A DNA stretch of 62,954 nt, the filler included, from Craspedostauros australis (taxonomy: Eukaryota), in the NCBI GenBank assembly GCA_030167865.1. It is 16 parts of 16 records of this genome, joined end to end, with 100 filler letters (N's around TTAATTAATTAA, not from the genome) between each part and the next. Parts side by side here need not be neighbours in the genome. Positions count along the whole stretch, not along the records: positions 58,672 to 60,891 come from JALAGF010000561.1; positions 60,992 to 62,954 come from JALAGF010000562.1; 14 more parts are not named here. One strand, written 5' to 3'. Below the pieces are notes generated by a model. That model had not been told where the DNA came from. It searched no databases and saw nothing but the letters and a program-made list of their open reading frames with translations. The stretch's first letter is position 1; every line of letters starts with the position of its first letter. Both the position numbers and the translations under genes were made by a program. Of the stretch, positions 59,683 to 62,954 are shown one piece after another.

Positions 59683-60891
59683 ATGCCCTCCTCTGAGTCT
59701 GGTTGGAACCAACCGCCGCCAAACGACCGTGGAACTCCCACCTTCGAGCCATTGGTCCACGATGAGAACATTGCACCCGCAAGCCGCCCACCGCGTTCAG
59801 CTTTCGCATCGTCCATGAACGAAGTTGAGCGGGACATCGATCCCAGCGACGCTTCGGGAAACAGCAGCCATCGCTTGGGCAACCCCCGCCGCCTGCGCGT
59901 GTGGCTGACCTTGCCGCTGCTGGTCCTCGCGGTCATCGTCTCTGGAACCATCCTGGTGGTCCGAGGCACAGGTGGTCATGCCGGCAGCAGCAACGGCAGC
60001 ACAGCTCATGATCTCAGCACTGCCAAGGTTGACAGCATCAGCAGCGATGTTGGTGGCCACACCGACTCCCCGAGTTACCACGACAACGGTGACATCCTCA
60101 ACGATGGCGCCGACTCGCCATCCGTCGAGGTGAACATCCGCCATGGTGTGACAGAGGAAAACGACGACACCAGTGCCAGCCGCCGAGCAACGGTGCAGAC
60201 CTACTCGTGCCCCAGCGATGAATCGCAACCCGCAGTGGCAGTCAGCCCTGGGAGCATCCGAATCGTGCATTCTACTCCTTTGTGCACCCTCATCCGTGTC
60301 TCCTCATCCACGACGTCCTTCCAGCCAATTGCACGATCCTACAACAGGAAAGCTTGGAAAGTGATCGGCTCCACGGAAGCAATGGAATCATCTCCCAACT
60401 CGGTTCAAATCACTCGGTGCCGCAGACGCGCTTGCTGGGTCCAACTGCCAGCTCTAGAGGAGGGCCACACTTACGAGCTCAAGACCTTCAATGCGCCGGC
60501 GTACTCAGACCGTGACATCATCTCTCGCTTCTTGGAGCAAACAACGTTCGGTGTGACGAGCGCAGCCCTCGACCAGATGGAGGCAGAATACGAGGCATCG
60601 TCATTCTCGGACTTGGACGATGTCTTCGCCAAGTGGATCGAAGATCAACAGGATACAACCAAAACACCAATCCAATCCCATCGCGCCTTGTTCCGCCAGT
60701 TTTTGAATGCGCAGTTCGAAATCCCATCCATCATCGGTCGCACCACCCAACCATGCGAGGTTGGCACCAGATACCGCCACGAGGTCTTCACCGATAAGGA
60801 CATCGAAACCTTCATCGAACTCAAGACCGTCACGGGATCAAACGGGCAACGTCTGCGCGCCATTTCCAAGGTCCGCAATGGTGTTGCAAGA
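59683..60891 (+). CDS. Type II membrane protein with the start of a DUF1800-like region, 3' truncated
   Basis: ATG 59683 and TM VWLTLPLLVLAVIVSGTILVV. Motif ISRFLEQTTFGVT...FAKWIEDQ...SHRALFR. Confidence 0.75.
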
Positions 60892-60991
60892 NNNNNNNNN
60901 NNNNNNNNNNNNNNNNNNNNNNNNNNNNNNNNNNNTTAATTAATTAANNNNNNNNNNNNNNNNNNNNNNNNNNNNNNNNNNNNNNNNNNNN

Positions 60992-61478
60992 AAAGCACGA
61001 AGAAAGCCGACTACTACTGGGATGAGGACCCGTGGAAGGGCTGCACGACAGAGCCGTGGTGATGCAAGTTAACCGCCTCAGCAAGGCAAACGAGAATACC
61101 ATAAATAGTGGAGTCAGAATGTACAACGTTTGCTTGTCGTACCTAGATGAATCCTGCTGTTGGAATGCAACAAGTCAACTGGCAAGAGAGTCGCAACAAC
61201 ATCCGCACCCCCCATTCGAAGAGAGGGGAACATGCTGGCTCTGTAGCTGTCGAATGTGTACAATGGCATGAAGAGGCGAAGGATCCGTGGACCAGAATGA
61301 AAAAAGCCAAAAAACAACAAGATGCAGTTCGTACACAACATGATAATGAGCAAAAAAGCCACAAGTTGTTTTTGAAAATACGCAAGAATGTTTCGCCATT
61401 TGGTGGCCCGCATCCCTTTTCGACTTTCGTTTTCCTTCGTCGCAATTCGCAAAAAACGCCGTTTTCCCTTCCCCCCCT
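60992..61478. mobile_element. 487-bp repeat / putative transposon terminus, copy 2
   Basis: Identical to 58672-59158 (offset 2320). Confidence 0.7.
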
Positions 61479-61784
61479 TGTGTAGAACTACGTGCATTGA
61501 TGGAGGCGTCAGCCAATGTGTCATAGTCGTACGCAGACATGACCAGTAAAGCAATGCATGGGTGAAACAAGTAGCCACGCACAACGCCACATGCCGAAAA
61601 GGATGGATGACGGCGACCATGGCAAGAGACGGAGATGGAGATGATGTTGATGATGACGAATGGGAAGTGGTGATGAGGAGCGATTGCAACCGTATCGCAT
61701 CGATCGGTGACATCAGAAAGGAAGATATCAAGGCAATTGCATAGGTAAACAATCACATGATCAGCAGCAGCGCCCACGCTGGAT

Positions 61785-62480
61785 GTGCCGTCGACAGCTG
61801 AGATTCAATACCTGCTGGACGACTGCATTCATGAGATCGGACGCAGCAACTTCTTCGGGGCCTGGAGCACCAGCTGTTCGGAGATACTCCTTCTATTACG
61901 CCACCACTACGTGCACCATTACCACCAACGCCCGCTCATGCTGAAGCTCAAAGCGATGCATCGCAGCCACAACTGCAAACGATGAGATGGAGGCACTGTG
62001 TCATCGGATCCACAAGTCGGAGAAATCATCTGCCAAGGCATCAGCAACTTTTCCCATGGCTCGCCATCCTTGCCGGCTGCATCTGGAGCCCATGTGGCAG
62101 CTGGCGTGCGCTTGTGCCTTGCGTGATGCCATCCAACAACGGCGGAAGCAACACCAATGAGCCAACAGTCGCGATACATTCATCCTGCGCCGTCAAGTTG
62201 CAGTGGGGTACGACGATTCATGCATGACACCAGCGGATGCCACCATCCGTTTCCACACAACTCCTTCCGCACAACTCCTTCCACATCATCGAAACCAACG
62301 AACACGGAAAACATTTGATTGGCGACGACGACCACGGCGACAACAGTGGTGGCCAGACCATCGTCGTCATGCCACACTGCCCGATGATGCTGTATGGTAC
62401 ACCAACGTGCTGTTCACCAACCAGGATCATCTGCAGCTCAGCGACATGATCATCAGCAATGCATTGGCCAAAGAGCATGC
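61785..62480 (+). pseudogene. SRR1-domain pseudogene
   Basis: SRR1 motifs appear in order across shifting frames: EIICQGISNFS, PMWQLACACALR, YDDSCMT, IETNEHGKH..TIVVMPHCPMMLY, YTNVLFTN..IISNAL. There are at least 3 frameshifts and in-frame TGAs at 61983 and 62158. Confidence 0.7.
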
Positions 62481-62954
62481 CTTGCTGTCCAGCCAGTCAG
62501 GCTGTGCTGCGAACGATACGGTCGTGCATAGAACAGCATGCTGCGCGAGTCACCAACGGCGAAATCCAAGATTTTCCGGGCGCACCATTGGATGTATCAC
62601 TGATAGCTATCTTACGAAATATGGTGAAGTAGTTACTTCTCTGATAACAGCCTATTCATTTCCTCGTCTTCATGACGCGTTCACTTCTGTCTACTGTTGT
62701 TGTGATTCACTCCTCTTCTCCAGCGGCAGCGCCATCGGCCTCAGCCAGGTGCGACGGACCGCACGAGGTTCATCAACGTTGCACGATCCATGTATGAATC
62801 CACTTGTGCTGTACCCTCGCTTTCATCCATGACCTTGTACAAATCCATCATGGACATGGCACTGTACTCATCATCAACTTCATTGCTTGCCGCTCTCCCA
62901 CTGCAGATGGCATGGATCTCTCCCATCAGTTGGGGATGTAGAATCAGCTTGCTG

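Noticed and set aside
1634..60947. TTAATTAATTAA recurring 15 times, suggesting a regulatory motif or piggyBac TTAA target sites
   Set aside because: It is always centred in N44 runs and has stops in all six frames, so it is an artificial contig linker.
1..62954. Prokaryotic-type systems (CRISPR arrays, operons, defence islands) and rRNA/tRNA genes
   Set aside because: None were seen. The DNA is intron-containing eukaryotic sequence and has no repeat-spacer array or recognisable structural RNA.

Overview
This is eukaryotic nuclear DNA from a diatom. Support: a silicon transporter, diatom-type Ty1/copia elements, bipartite plastid-targeting peptides, GT-AG introns and RXL motifs. A raphid pennate origin is inference only. 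The window is not one locus. It is 16 small contigs joined by an artificial spacer (N44-TTAATTAATTAA-N44), so adjacency is meaningful only within a contig. Host genes I could reconstruct, often by splicing ORFs that the ORF track splits: a ~1515-aa secreted vWA/PTS adhesin-like protein, a related PTSG-repeat mucin fragment, a secreted AA15-type LPMO fused to a GH18 chitinase and CBM1-like modules, a Ddi1-like pseudo-protease, an MGCxxS dual-acylation protein with a 5-nt first coding exon, a cyanobacterial-type plastid protein, an EGY-like M50 protease, arylamine N-acetyltransferase, copine, a 7TM GPCR, an LRR membrane protein cut by a probable LTR insertion, partial SIT, ODC, DUF1800-like and ankyrin genes, and an SRR1 pseudogene. 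Mobile DNA: three Ty1/copia fragments, an RNase H-bearing non-LTR element, a piggyBac-like transposase, a Harbinger-like Myb/SANT ORF and a 487-bp element end present twice. The most interesting candidate is contig 5797-19854, which carries the adhesin with unnamed duplicated Cys domains and the LPMO-chitinase fusion. All family assignments come from motif recognition by eye; no database searches were run.
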